Counted from the first letter of the stretch, positions 1-9,344 are shown. The stretch is DNA of 64,000 nucleotides from Verrucomicrobiales bacterium (GCA_027489875.1 JAIXZE010000292.1:402-64401); one strand, 5' to 3'. Numbers and translations are program-made. The notes: a model not told the origin generated them from the letters alone.

Positions 1-3000
1 CGCGGTGGACGCCGGAATTGGAGAGGGCGACGGCGGGTTGGAATCGGGCGAGGACCTCGGCCCGCGCGGCAGGGACGCTGAACCACTTCGCGGCCAGTTC
101 ACGGACGCGGGCGGACTTGTGGCGCGTGAGCCGGTCGCGTCGGGCGGCGTCCGGGGGGGCGAACTGGAGTTCAAGGGAACGTTCCACGAGCGCCACGGCC
201 CACGCTTCGCGTCCGGCGAGGACGTCGAGGGCGGCGTTGCGTGCGGCCGGTGTGAGGGACGCCCAGTTCCGGAGGATGGGGTTGGCGATGTCGTCGGATC
301 CGGTGGCGGCGAGGGCGTCGATGGCGGCGCGCTGGAGTTCGCCGGGTTGGGTCGGCGCGAGCCAGGTGGCGAGGAGTGGGATGGCGTCGGCCTGGGAGGT
401 CTGGTGGCGTGCAAGGAAGGTGCCGGCGGCGATCCGGGTGTCCGTGTCGATTCCGGGCGTTTGCGGATTCGTGGTGCGACGCGCCCAGGCGGCCATGCGG
501 GTCAGGCCTTCGAGGGATCGTGCGAGGAGGTCGGAAGGCTGTTGAAGGCTTTCGGGTGTGACCTGACGCAGGGCGAGCAGGTTGAGGAAACGGGTGGCTT
601 CGCGGACCTGGATTGCGGTGAAGCCTTCGTTCGTTGAGCCGAGCACGGGCTGGAGGAGGCGCGCGAGCATGTCGCGCTGGCCGAGGCCGAGTGCCATGCG
701 CGTGAGACCTTCGGCATACGCGTCACGTTGGGCGGTGGAACCGTGGGCAACGGCGGTGGCCAGTGCGTCGGCATGCGGAATGGCGGAGCTCAGGACGGCA
801 GCACGAAGGAAGGGTTCGGCGTGGTCGCGCAGGGCGAGTCGGGCGAGGAGTTGGCCCGCTTCGGCCGAGTCCCATTGTCCCAGGGTGCACGCGAGTTGGA
901 GACGGACACGCGGGGAGGGATCGTCAACGAGCGGGGCGGCGAAGGTGACGAGGGTTGGGTGCTGTTCGGCGAGGATCAGGGCGTTGATGCGGAGGCCGGG
1001 CTCGGGTGCGGTGAGGGCGGAGGCGATTGCTGACGGGTTCGCGCGGCCGAGCCTTTCGAGGATCCAGAGGGCGTGAAGTCGGGCAACCGCGGGGACGTCT
1101 GCGCCGCCGGCAGCGAGTTTCTCCAAGGGTTGGAACGTGGCGGGGTTGGGCTTCCAGAGGAGGAGTTGGTGGGCCTTGTCGCGCGTCCAGCCGTTCGGGG
1201 ATCGGAGGCTGTCCACGAGTGCCGCGGCAGGGAGCGACGCCAGCGGAGTCGTGGGGCGGGGCGGCTTGCCGACGGGATGGATCCGGTAGAGCCGGCCGCG
1301 GTCCTCGCCGAGACGGTAGTGGGGCAGTAGGTCGGCTTTGCCCTTTTCGGGCAGCCAGTCGGGGTGTTCGATCATGTAGCGGTACATGTCGACGACCCAG
1401 AGGGCGCCATCCGGTCCGGTGCGCGTCATGACGGGTCGGCACCAGCGGTCTTCGGAGGCGAAGAAATCGTAGGGGCTGCCGAGGCGGTCGTGGGTGGCGG
1501 TGAAGCTGACGCCGGATTCGGTGACGACGTTCCGCTGGACGAGGTTGTGGAACGGTTCGCAGGTGAAGGCCTGCATCGTGTCGCGGGAGGGGCCGAAGAG
1601 GAGGTCGTCCAGGTATGGCGTGCCGGCGCAGGCGGAGGTGAAGTGGCCGGCTTCGTTGAAGCTGTGGTAGCGCTTCTCGGCCCGGCTGGCGGGATACACG
1701 ACGGGACTCAGCGGCGTCACCACGAGGTGCGTGGGATCGGGCGATGGAACATGCGGGTTGCGGCGGAGGTAGCGGTCGGAAAGGACATAGTGCCAGAGCG
1801 GGCGGATGTTCTGGGTTCCGAACCAGTTTCCCCAGTCGTCGCGGTTGCGTCCGAACTGGGAAGGTCCGCTTTCGGGTTCCAGTTCGCCGGTGTCGGGTTG
1901 GAATCGGAAGTCGCGGCTGCCAACGGCGAACTCGCCCTTGCGGGTGCGGAGTCGATTGCCGGCACCATGGCCGATGTGATGTCCGCCAGCGGCGCAGTAG
2001 ATCCACCCGTCGAGTCCCCAGCGGAGGCCGTTGGCGCGGAGTTGCTGGTTGCCTTCGAGGAGGCCGCTGACAAGGACGGTCCGTTGGTCCGCCTTGCCGT
2101 CGCCGTCGGTGTCGCGCAGCCAGAGGATCTCGGGTGCTGCGGTCACGATGACGCCATCGCGCCAGGTGATCAGGCCGGTGGGAAAGCTCAGGCCTTCGGC
2201 GAAGATCGCCGATTGGTCGGGGCGACCGTCGTTGTCGGTGTCGCGGAGGATCCGGACCCGGCCACCGGGTTTGCCGCGGCCGTCGAGGCCCATGGGATAA
2301 TCGGCCATCTCCACGACCCAGAGGTTGCCGTCGACGTCCCAGTCGATCGCGACGGGGTCGAGCACGAGGGGTTCCGCGGCGACGAGGTCGACGGCGAATC
2401 CGGCGGGCACGTGGATGCGGGCGAGGGATTCGCGGGGGGAGAGGGGTTGGGAGGCTGGGGCGGGAGGCGGAGGGGGCGGAGCGGCGGCGGACTGGGGCGG
2501 TGTCAGGCCCGACGCCTGGAAGTGCGCGGCGATCTCGGCGGGTGGGAGGATGCGGTCGTGGACGGCGATTTCATCGAGGCGACCTTCGAGGCCGAAGAGA
2601 CCGTCGGTGCGACCGCCAAAGAGGAGGGTGCGGCCGGAGGCGGTGGAGACCTGGCGGAAGGTGCCGTCGATTTCGGGTTCGGCTTGGCCGTTGAGGTGCA
2701 CCCGGAAGCGGTGGCCGTCGCGGAGGAGGACGACGTGGTTCCAGGACTTGGGGAGGAGTCGGGTCCGGCCGGCGAGGATCTCGTCATGGGCGTTGCCGTT
2801 GAAGAGAAAGAGGCGGCCGGCGAGGTCGGTTTGGTGCGTGCCACCGATTCCCAGGTGTTCGCCGGTGGCGGTTGGATCGCCTTCGACGCCGTGGGACACG
2901 AGGTAGGCGGTGACGGCGCGGGCGTCGTCGGGGAGGCCGTTCCAGAGCCAGAACCCGATCGTGTACTGCACGCCGGGTTGAATGGGGGCGCGCAGGCGTC

Positions 3001-4654
3001 CGCCGGCGAAGTGGATGGCGCGGTTGATCTGGTCGCCGGAGAACAGCGACGGGGTCAAGGCCGGGTTGGGTGAGATGCCGGTGCCGCTCCCGGGGCCGGG
3101 GAGGTAGAGGGCGATGCCCTTCTCGAAGGTGGCGTGGTGACCGTTGCCTGACGCGTCGTGCGCGGTGGGGATCACGATCTCGTTGAGGCGCCAATAGGCC
3201 GTGGGGCGCGAGTCGAGGATGGCTTTGGAGTAGGTGCCGGTGGGTTCGAGAATGGGCCGGCGTGGGCGGCCGGAAACCTGTTCGAGGAGGTTCAGCAGGG
3301 TGGCGACAATGCGGGGCTCGGCTTCGACCTCGAGTCCGGCGGTGCGGGCCGGCCATGTGGTGTATCCGCCGAGGACGTGCTGTTCCGGGGGCGGGATGTA
3401 TCCCTCGGCCCCGTTGGCGAGGGAGACGTTCATGGTGAGGGGCAGCGGGCTCTGGAGCTTGAGCTTCAGACCGGTGATGGCGAACACCTCGTTGGGCAGG
3501 GTGGCGATGCCGAATTCACCGATGCGGATGGCCTGGAGCTTGAGTTCGGTCTGCTGGCGTTCGTGGAGGTGGATGGCTTCCCACGCGTAGATCTCGGGAA
3601 GGTTCGACGGCAACCGATCGCCAAGGGCCTGTGTCACATTCCGGGCCCAGGCCAGTCGCGCGGGATCCGGTGTTCGATAGCGCAGCGGAAGGCGCGCCTC
3701 GGCCATGCGGATCGGCGCGTGTTCGACAAACTGGATCCGACGGAAGAGTTCGTCGGCTTCGGTGGCGAGTTCGCGCGCGTAGGCGTCGTATCCGATTTCC
3801 CGCGCAGGAGCGCCGTAGTCCATCCACATCTGGTCGCCGCTGGTGCCCTGGGACACGATGGCGACGAAGGACGGATCGGCCCGCAGCGATTCGGCGAGGT
3901 GCTTGGCGAAGCGGCCGTAGTAGTCCGAGGAGAGCAGCGGGGATCCGTAGTAGTGCTGGGAGTAGTTGGCGAGGACGGCCAAGGGTTTGCCCGTGGGCGT
4001 GGTCACGGCCAGGAGTGTGAATCCAGGATCGACGGGGCCGGAGGGTCCGATGGCATCGGGGCTGACATGCCCCGGGTGCATGTGGGCGCGGACCGTGGGT
4101 TGGCCAAAGGGATCGGTGATGAGGCGATCGGGACGCCGGATCCAGCGGCGGTTGAAGGTGTGTTGCCAGTCGTTGGTGGCGGTCCAGCCGATGCGTGCCG
4201 GGGTCAGTTTGCGGTGCGCCTCGATGATGGCCTCGGCGAGGCGCGGCGGCAGCGAGGCGGCGTAGGCGGGATCCACACGACTCCCGAGGCAGCCCATGGC
4301 CGATGGCGCGGAATGGGTGTGGGTGGAGGACACCATCATCCGGTCGGCGGGAATGCCCGTGGCCTTGGACGCGATGTCCTTGGCCTGGTCGATCAGGTCG
4401 CGCGGCACCATGCAGGAATCGACGACGCAGAAGGCGATCTGCTGGCTGCCGTCGTCGAGGACGAGGGCCTTGGCGGAGAGGGGATCGATGACGCGGTCGG
4501 CGGACCGTTCGGTGAACATGGCGTTCACGCGGACGGGAAACTGGAGGGGCGAGATGTCGGTGACGTGGGCACCGGCACGGAAGACCGGTCCGGCCGCGGA
4601 CCCGCGCAGGCCTGCGGAGAGGATCAGCAGGGCAGCAAACCACCATCGCCACAT
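1..4654 (-). CDS. Giant secreted multidomain protein, more than 1550 aa in the window with the C-terminus beyond position 1: neutral-ceramidase-like domain + LamG-like domain + PVC-type membrane-bound-dehydrogenase (beta-propeller) domain + HEAT-like repeats
   Basis: Absent from the ORF track because it has no in-window stop. Hand translation of the minus frame from the ATG at 4654 gives, in order: MWRWWFAALLILSAGLRGSAAG (signal peptide); VSSTHTHSAPS (ceramidase-type motif); GRLDEIAVHDRILPPAEIAAHF (LamG); a poly-Pro linker near 2460-2500; IHVPAGFAVDLVAAEPLVLDPVAIDWDVDGNLWVVEMADYP (TIGR02604-type domain); then HEAT-like helices down to position 2. No listed minus-strand ORF uses this frame in 1-4654, consistent with one uninterrupted frame. 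Confidence 0.85.
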   Translation of the reverse strand, partial: MWRWWFAALLILSAGLRGSAAGPVFRAGAHVTDISPLQFPVRVNAMFTERSADRVIDPLSAKALVLDDGSQQIAFCVVDSCMVPRDLIDQAKDIASKATGIPADRMMVSSTHTHSAPSAMGCLGSRVDPAYAASLPPRLAEAIIEAHRKLTPARIGWTATNDWQHTFNRRWIRRPDRLITDPFGQPTVRAHMHPGHVSPDAIGPSGPVDPGFTLLAVTTPTGKPLAVLANYSQHYYGSPLLSSDYYGRFAKHLAESLRADPSFVAIVSQGTSGDQMWMDYGAPAREIGYDAYARELATEADELFRRIQFVEHAPIRMAEARLPLRYRTPDPARLAWARNVTQALGDRLPSNLPEIYAWEAIHLHERQQTELKLQAIRIGEFGIATLPNEVFAITGLKLKLQSPLPLTMNVSLANGAEGYIPPPEQHVLGGYTTWPARTAGLEVEAEPRIVATLLNLLEQVSGRPRRPILEPTGTYSKAILDSRPTAYWRLNEIVIPTAHDASGNGHHATFEKGIALYLPGPGSGTGISPNPALTPSLFSGDQINRAIHFAGGRLRAPIQPGVQYTIGFWLWNGLPDDARAVTAYLVSHGVEGDPTATGEHLGIGGTHQTDLAGRLFLFNGNAHDEILAGRTRLLPKSWNHVVLLRDGHRFRVHLNGQAEPEIDGTFRQVSTASGRTLLFGGRTDGLFGLEGRLDEIAVHDRILPPAEIAAHFQASGLTPPQSAAAPPPPPPAPASQPLSPRESLARIHVPAGFAVDLVAAEPLVLDPVAIDWDVDGNLWVVEMADYPMGLDGRGKPGGRVRILRDTDNDGRPDQSAIFAEGLSFPTGLITWRDGVIVTAAPEILWLRDTDGDGKADQRTVLVSGLLEGNQQLRANGLRWGLDGWIYCAAGGHHIGHGAGNRLRTRKGEFAVGSRDFRFQPDTGELEPESGPSQFGRNRDDWGNWFGTQNIRPLWHYVLSDRYLRRNPHVPSPDPTHLVVTPLSPVVYPASRAEKRYHSFNEAGHFTSACAGTPYLDDLLFGPSRDTMQAFTCEPFHNLVQRNVVTESGVSFTATHDRLGSPYDFFASEDRWCRPVMTRTGPDGALWVVDMYRYMIEHPDWLPEKGKADLLPHYRLGEDRGRLYRIHPVGKPPRPTTPLASLPAAALVDSLRSPNGWTRDKAHQLLLWKPNPATFQPLEKLAAGGADVPAVARLHALWILERLGRANPSAIASALTAPEPGLRINALILAEQHPTLVTFAAPLVDDPSPRVRLQLACTLGQWDSAEAGQLLARLALRDHAEPFLRAAVLSSAIPHADALATAVAHGSTAQRDAYAEGLTRMALGLGQRDMLARLLQPVLGSTNEGFTAIQVREATRFLNLLALRQVTPESLQQPSDLLARSLEGLTRMAAWARRTTNPQTPGIDTDTRIAAGTFLARHQTSQADAIPLLATWLAPTQPGELQRAAIDALAATGSDDIANPILRNWASLTPAARNAALDVLAGREAWAVALVERSLELQFAPPDAARRDRLTRHKSARVRELAAKWFSVPAARAEVLARFQPAVALSNSGVHR

Positions 4655-4721
4655 CGGGGAGGACATGCGGCGGAGCGTGCCACGCGGGGAACCGCGTGAC
4701 GATGCCCGGGGAGGGGGAGTT

Positions 4722-5423
4722 TCAAGTGGGAAGGGGGGTGCCCCGGGAATACACAAGGAACAATTCGTCGCCGTGGCGGCGCAGGGATTTCAGGGTGAAC
4801 CCGGGGGCTTCGGTGATGTGTTCGATGCCGGTGCCATCGCTGATGGTCGGGGCGGTGCGGCCGCCGAAGATGCGGGGGCAGAGGGTGAGGTGGAGTTCGT
4901 CGATCAGGTGCGCGCGGAGGAGGGCGTCGTTCAACTGGCCGCCGCCTTCCACGATGACGTCGCGGATGCCGTGGTCCTGCGCCAGTTGGGCGAGCCCGGC
5001 GGCGAGGTCGATCGGGTCGGTTGGCGAAGTCCAGACCACGTCGGCGCAGGCCTGGAGGGCTTGGCGGCGCGCGGCGGTCACGGTGGGGCCCGTCCACACG
5101 TGGATCGGGGAGAATCGGTGACTCCAGATCCGGGCTTCCGTCGAGAACGAGCCGGATCCGCTGACGATGACGCGCACCGGATGTTCGGCCCGGCCATTGC
5201 GGAGGCGGAGGCGTCGGAAGGATTCGCCCCCGTTGCCGAGGGTGGCGTTGGTTTCCTCCACGGTGCGGGCCCCGCAAAGGATGGCGTCGGAGCTGGCCCG
5301 GAGTTCGTACAGGTGGCGTGCGTCCCGGGGGCTGCCGAAGGTGTGTACCGACCGGGTGGAAGTGGCGATCTTCCCGTCGGCGGTCATCGCCATGTTGAGG
5401 CGCACGAACGGACGCGGGCTCAT
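4722..5423 (-). CDS. RibD C-terminal-domain / DHFR-like reductase family protein
   Basis: 233 aa. MSPRPFVRLNMAMTADGKIATS...ILCGARTVEE...VIVEGGGQLN is typical of the RibD_C reductase fold. Its start overlaps the queA stop by 4 nt. Confidence 0.8.
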   Translation of the reverse strand: MSPRPFVRLNMAMTADGKIATSTRSVHTFGSPRDARHLYELRASSDAILCGARTVEETNATLGNGGESFRRLRLRNGRAEHPVRVIVSGSGSFSTEARIWSHRFSPIHVWTGPTVTAARRQALQACADVVWTSPTDPIDLAAGLAQLAQDHGIRDVIVEGGGQLNDALLRAHLIDELHLTLCPRIFGGRTAPTISDGTGIEHITEAPGFTLKSLRRHGDELFLVYSRGTPLPT

Positions 5424-6547
5424 AGGAGGAGCATGGCGTCGCCGTAGCTGAAGAAGCGGAAGCGTGCTTCGACGGCAGCCTGGTAGGTCTCGAGGATGCG
5501 CCGACGGCCCAGGTCGGGTTCGCCGGGGGCGGCGAAGGCACTGACAAGCATGAGCAGGGTGCTCTGGGGGAGGTGGAAGTTGGTAAGCAACCCGTCCAGC
5601 ACCCGGAACCGGCAGGGCGGGTGCAGGAAGATCCGGGTGCGTCCGGCCTCGACGGTGGGCAGCGGATGGAAGGCGGCGGGAGCGTCGGCATCAGGAACCT
5701 CGCCCCACATTCCGCCGCTGAACCCCCGGGCCACGGATTCCAGGACCCGGGCGGTGGTGGTGCCGATGGCGATGACACGGCGTCCGGCGGCCTTGCTCCG
5801 GTTGATGGCGGCGGCCGTCTCGGGGGGGAGGGAGAAGCGTTCCTCGTGCATCCGGTGGTCGGCGATGCGGTCGGCCTTCACCGGCAGGAAGGTTCCGGCA
5901 CCGACATGGAGGGTGAGATGGGCGGTTTCGACCCCACGGGCCTGGAGTTCATGAAGGATGCGTGGGGTGAAGTGCAACCCCGCCGTGGGCGCGGCCACGG
6001 ACCCGGGGTTCCGGGCGTAGACCGTCTGGTATCGCTCACGGTCGGCTTCGGGGGTTGGCCCTTCGGGACGCTCGATGTAGGGGGGCAGGGGCAGTTCGCC
6101 GTGGAGGGCGGCGAAGTCGAGGACGTCCCCTTCGAAGCCCAGTTGGCAATGTCCCTCCTCATTCTTGGCCAGGACAGTGGCCGGAAGGGGGGCGGAAGGG
6201 GGGCCAAAGTGGAGTCGGGTGCCAGGGCGGACCCGTTTTCCGGGGCGCAGGAGGGTCCACCAGGTCCGGGGCGCGGATTCCTCAAGGAGGAGGATTTCGA
6301 CCGCACCGCCGGTCGCGCCACTCCCGTCCACTTTTCGCCCCCGGAGGCGGGCGGGGATGACCTTGGCGTCGTTGAAGACGAGGAGATCGCCGGGGTGGAG
6401 GTGGTCGAGGAGGGAGCTGAAATGGGTGAAGGATCGGGAGCCGGACGACCGGTCGAGGACCAGAAGTCGGGACGCATCCCTCTCAGGAGCCGGATGTTGC
6501 GCGATCAGCTCCGGCGGCAGGTGAAAATCAAAGTCGGAAACCAGCAC
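5420..6547 (-). CDS. queA: S-adenosylmethionine:tRNA ribosyltransferase-isomerase
   Basis: VSDFDFHLPPELIAQHPAPERDASRLLVL and the downstream FTPR..., GTT(T)ARVLES and LLTNFHLPQSTLLMLVSAF are classic QueA. The track ORF runs to 6715, but the extra 56 aa are Pro/Thr-rich and lie in the low-GC promoter region, so GTG at 6547 is preferred. Confidence 0.9.
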   Translation of the reverse strand: MLVSDFDFHLPPELIAQHPAPERDASRLLVLDRSSGSRSFTHFSSLLDHLHPGDLLVFNDAKVIPARLRGRKVDGSGATGGAVEILLLEESAPRTWWTLLRPGKRVRPGTRLHFGPPSAPLPATVLAKNEEGHCQLGFEGDVLDFAALHGELPLPPYIERPEGPTPEADRERYQTVYARNPGSVAAPTAGLHFTPRILHELQARGVETAHLTLHVGAGTFLPVKADRIADHRMHEERFSLPPETAAAINRSKAAGRRVIAIGTTTARVLESVARGFSGGMWGEVPDADAPAAFHPLPTVEAGRTRIFLHPPCRFRVLDGLLTNFHLPQSTLLMLVSAFAAPGEPDLGRRRILETYQAAVEARFRFFSYGDAMLLL

Positions 6548-6621
6548 AGCGGGGGAAGGGAAGCACAGGGGAGCGGAGTGGGCTAGAGGTGGATCTGTGC
6601 GGTGGGTGGAATCGGCGAAAA

Positions 6622-6662
6622 AGTGGGTATAAGTGGGAGGGTTGGAAGTGGCAGGAAGTGGG
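6622..6662 (+). promoter_or_regulatory. Four direct AAGTGG(G/C) repeats (MraZ-box-like), distal cluster
   Basis: GTGGG at 6623 and 6633, GTGGC at 6648, GTGGG at 6658. Spacing is 10, 15 and 10 bp. Confidence 0.4.
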
Positions 6663-6802
6663 GGGAGGGGGGTAAGTCCGGGGGGTGGGAAGAACCTGTT
6701 TTGTGTGATTTCCAACCTGTTTGCGTTGAGGTGGTTACAAAGCGCTCATCCGGCCTGTGAATAGAATGTGGATAACCTCGATAGGTGAAAAGGGGGAAGA
6801 AC

Positions 6803-6947
6803 TTGACCCAAAGTTTCCCAAAGGAATAGAAAGTGGGCGTCCAGCAGGTCTTAGTGGATAGCGCGGTTACCGGAGTGGCGATGGGCTTCCGACGCCCAGG
6901 ACGGCGGGGTCGGAGAGCGGGACGGGGCAGAAAGTGGCACCGAGTGG
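6803..6947 (+). promoter_or_regulatory. Candidate sigma-70 promoter of the dcw operon followed by five AGTGG boxes (candidate MraZ operator)
   Basis: TTGACC (6803-6808), 18 nt, TAGAAA (6827-6832). AGTGG begins at 6832, 6853, 6874, 6933 and 6943, giving spacings of 21, 21, 59 and 10 bp. This is the lowest-GC stretch upstream of mraZ. Confidence 0.4.
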
Positions 6948-7035
6948 GTGCTTGGCTGATTGGATGACCAGCCCCCTGACCGCCGACGGAAAACCGGTAG
7001 CGCGGATCCACGAGATCACTGGGGAGCGCGGCGAC

Positions 7036-7554
7036 ATGGCTTCCAGCGATGTCAAAGAACAACAGGCAGTCGAGCCGGGGAACTTTCCCCGGGCTGGAGT
7101 GACGCGCCCGTTGTTCACATGGAAGTACAAGCACGGCGTGGATGGTCAAGGGCGTATTCAGTTTCCGAGCAAGTGGAAGATGCGGTCGATGGAGACGGAA
7201 CTGATCGCCGTGGTGCTGCGGCATGAGCTGACGGACAAGGATTACATCCTCGTGCTGCCGTACGACTTGTTCAACCAGTTCAGCACCCGGCTCCACTCGG
7301 ATTCCTTCACGGCGTCGAAGGCGCAGGCAGTGCGCCACGACTACGCCGAAAGGATTATGGGGATCGATCTCGACGGTGCCGGCCGCTTCATGCTGCCGGG
7401 GGAACTGCGGACGCCGGCGAAGCTGGAGAAGGAGGCGTTGCTGGTGGGGTGTATCGACCGGTTCGAGATCTGGAACCCGGCGGATTACGAGGACGCCCGT
7501 GAGAAGGAGAAGGTGGTCCTGAAGGCGGACAAGAACGGGAACAACAACCCCTGA
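7036..7554 (+). CDS. mraZ: Transcriptional regulator MraZ
   Basis: LFTWKYKHGVDGQGRIQFPSKWK and a second half with DGAGRFMLPGELR form the duplicated SpoVT-AbrB/MraZ motif. An internal ATG at 7036 is preferred over the track start at 6934. First gene of the dcw cluster. Confidence 0.9.
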   Translation: MASSDVKEQQAVEPGNFPRAGVTRPLFTWKYKHGVDGQGRIQFPSKWKMRSMETELIAVVLRHELTDKDYILVLPYDLFNQFSTRLHSDSFTASKAQAVRHDYAERIMGIDLDGAGRFMLPGELRTPAKLEKEALLVGCIDRFEIWNPADYEDAREKEKVVLKADKNGNNNP

Positions 7555-7565
7555 CGACGGAGGCA

Positions 7566-7889
7566 ATGATGAACAAACGACGTGCGGTAGGGATGACAGG
7601 TGAGCCGGTGCGGTCCTGGTGGAAGCCATGGACGTGGTTCCGCCGTGCAACCCCGGAGCGGATCACGCGGTCGGCCCAGCAGCTCGAGATGATCCTCGGG
7701 GCTGTGAAGCCCGTCCGGAACCCGCTGATGGACGACGATGTCTCGGTGGTGCGGCGTCCGGCGGGATCGCGTGTGCTGCACGAATCCCAGTCTCCGGTGA
7801 CCTCGCGGCCTGCCGTCGAGCGGGAATCTGACCGCGCCTGGAAGCGCTTGCGGGAACGTCGGGTCGAGGACCTGAAGGTCGAGGCGTGA
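7566..7889 (+). CDS. Hypothetical 107-aa protein between mraZ and rsmH
   Basis: ATG is preceded by GGAGG 4 nt upstream. Amino-acid composition is balanced, unlike the GC-shadow ORFs. No recognisable domain and no TM segment. Confidence 0.55.
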   Translation: MMNKRRAVGMTGEPVRSWWKPWTWFRRATPERITRSAQQLEMILGAVKPVRNPLMDDDVSVVRRPAGSRVLHESQSPVTSRPAVERESDRAWKRLRERRVEDLKVEA

Positions 7890-7965
7890 CCTGGGACACC
7901 CCCTGGCGATTCCAACCAACCAACGGACACGGTCGGTCTTCCACTGGCGACACCCCCCATGACAC

Positions 7966-8904
7966 GTGAGCGACTTCACCCACATCCCGGTACTGCTGAA
8001 GGAGGCGCTGGCAGCGATGCAGGTGCGCGCGGGCGGGTACTGGGTCGATGGAACCAGCGGCGGCGGTGGACATTGCGAAGCGATCCTGAGGGCGACGGCA
8101 CCGGAGGGTTTCCTGTGGGCGTGCGACCAAGATGGCGACGCGGTTGAGGCGACGCGGCATCGGTTGAGGGAGTTCGAGGGGCGGTTTGAGGTTCGGCGCA
8201 TGAATTTCGAGGGTTTGAAGAACTGGCTGGGCGCACGGCGCGTGAACGGGGTCCTGTTGGACCTCGGCACGTCGTCGCACCAGTTGGACACCGCGGACCG
8301 CGGATTCAGTTTTCAGGCGGATGGGCCCTTGGACATGCGGATGGACCGGCGCGGGACGACGACGGCGGCGACGATCGTGAACAGTTGGGAACCGGAGGCG
8401 TTGGCGGAGGCTTTTTACCGGTTGGGCGATGAGCCGGATTCCCGGCGCATCGCCCGGGCCATCGCGGAGGAACGCCGGGTGCGGCCTTTCGAGACGACGG
8501 TGCAACTGGCGGATTGCGTGGAACGGGTTTGCCCGCGTCGTGGGCGGCGGACGCATCCGGCGACCCGGGTCTTCCAGGTGTTGCGGATGCTGGTGAACCG
8601 GGAGCGGGAAGTCCTGGAGGCGGGATTGAAGGCGGCGTGGTCGGTGCTGGCGCCCGGGGGGCGGCTGGCGGTGATCACATTCCATTCGGGTGAAGACCGG
8701 ATGGTGAAGGATTTCATGCGGGAAGAGGCGCGGGACTACGACATGCCGCCGGGACAACCGGACGTGCCGGAGCTGCGCATCCCGCGGAAGCCCCGGGCTT
8801 GGCTGGTGACACGGCGGCCGGTGCTTCCCTCGGAGGCGGAGATGGAGACGAACCCGCGGGCGCGGAGTGCACAATTGCGGGTGGCGGAGAAACTGGAGGA
8901 CTGA
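7966..8904 (+). CDS. rsmH: 16S rRNA (cytosine1402-N4)-methyltransferase
   Basis: HIPVLLKEALAAM...DGTSGGGGH...LLDLGTSSHQLD...GFSF...PLDMRM are hallmark RsmH/MraW motifs. Confidence 0.95.
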   Translation: MSDFTHIPVLLKEALAAMQVRAGGYWVDGTSGGGGHCEAILRATAPEGFLWACDQDGDAVEATRHRLREFEGRFEVRRMNFEGLKNWLGARRVNGVLLDLGTSSHQLDTADRGFSFQADGPLDMRMDRRGTTTAATIVNSWEPEALAEAFYRLGDEPDSRRIARAIAEERRVRPFETTVQLADCVERVCPRRGRRTHPATRVFQVLRMLVNREREVLEAGLKAAWSVLAPGGRLAVITFHSGEDRMVKDFMREEARDYDMPPGQPDVPELRIPRKPRAWLVTRRPVLPSEAEMETNPRARSAQLRVAEKLED

Positions 8905-8907
8905 CCT

Positions 8908-9318
8908 ATGGCATCGAACCGAAGGCGGGATGAGGAATCGGTGAAGCTGGGCGTGTTGGTGCGCGCGTTGCTGGTGTGCGCGGTCATCGCCGGGCTGGGC
9001 ATCGGCTATGTCCGACAGAACTCGGAGCAGCTGAGCATGGGCCGGCAGATTGCGGAGCTGGAGCAGCGCCGCGAGCGGCTGTCCCGGACACTCGAAGCCC
9101 AGCGGACGACCCTGGCGATGCTGGTTTCGCGGCCGCAGCTGCTGGCGCGCGTCGAGCGGTTCAAGCTTTCGCTGACCAACGCCTCGCCGTCGCAGCGCCT
9201 GTATGTGTCGGTGCCACGCCCCGCCATGCCTGGCGTGGGGACAGCGCCGGCCTTTGCGCGCGGGGCGACCTCGTCTGCTGCGGGTGCTCCCGTGGCGACG
9301 TTGGGAACCAGCCGCTGA
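8908..9318 (+). CDS. ftsL: FtsL-like cell-division protein (single TM + coiled coil)
   Basis: 136 aa with an N-terminal basic segment, TM LVRALLVCAVIAGLGIGYV, then a heptad-rich region. Sits at the canonical position between rsmH and ftsI. GGAGG lies upstream. Confidence 0.7.
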   Translation: MASNRRRDEESVKLGVLVRALLVCAVIAGLGIGYVRQNSEQLSMGRQIAELEQRRERLSRTLEAQRTTLAMLVSRPQLLARVERFKLSLTNASPSQRLYVSVPRPAMPGVGTAPAFARGATSSAAGAPVATLGTSR

Positions 9319-9344
9319 CCCAGGGACACCTGAGCCTGCCCGCC

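Noticed and set aside
1364-4699. Long plus-strand ORFs 1364-3073 (569 aa) and 3158-4699 (513 aa), and minus-strand ORFs 924-2006 and 3516-4652.
   Set aside because: Their compositions are typical of antisense or off-frame shadows in high-GC DNA: G/A/E/V/D-rich on plus, R/P/H-rich on minus. They have no recognisable motifs. The third minus frame gives a continuous, domain-rich protein across the whole interval.
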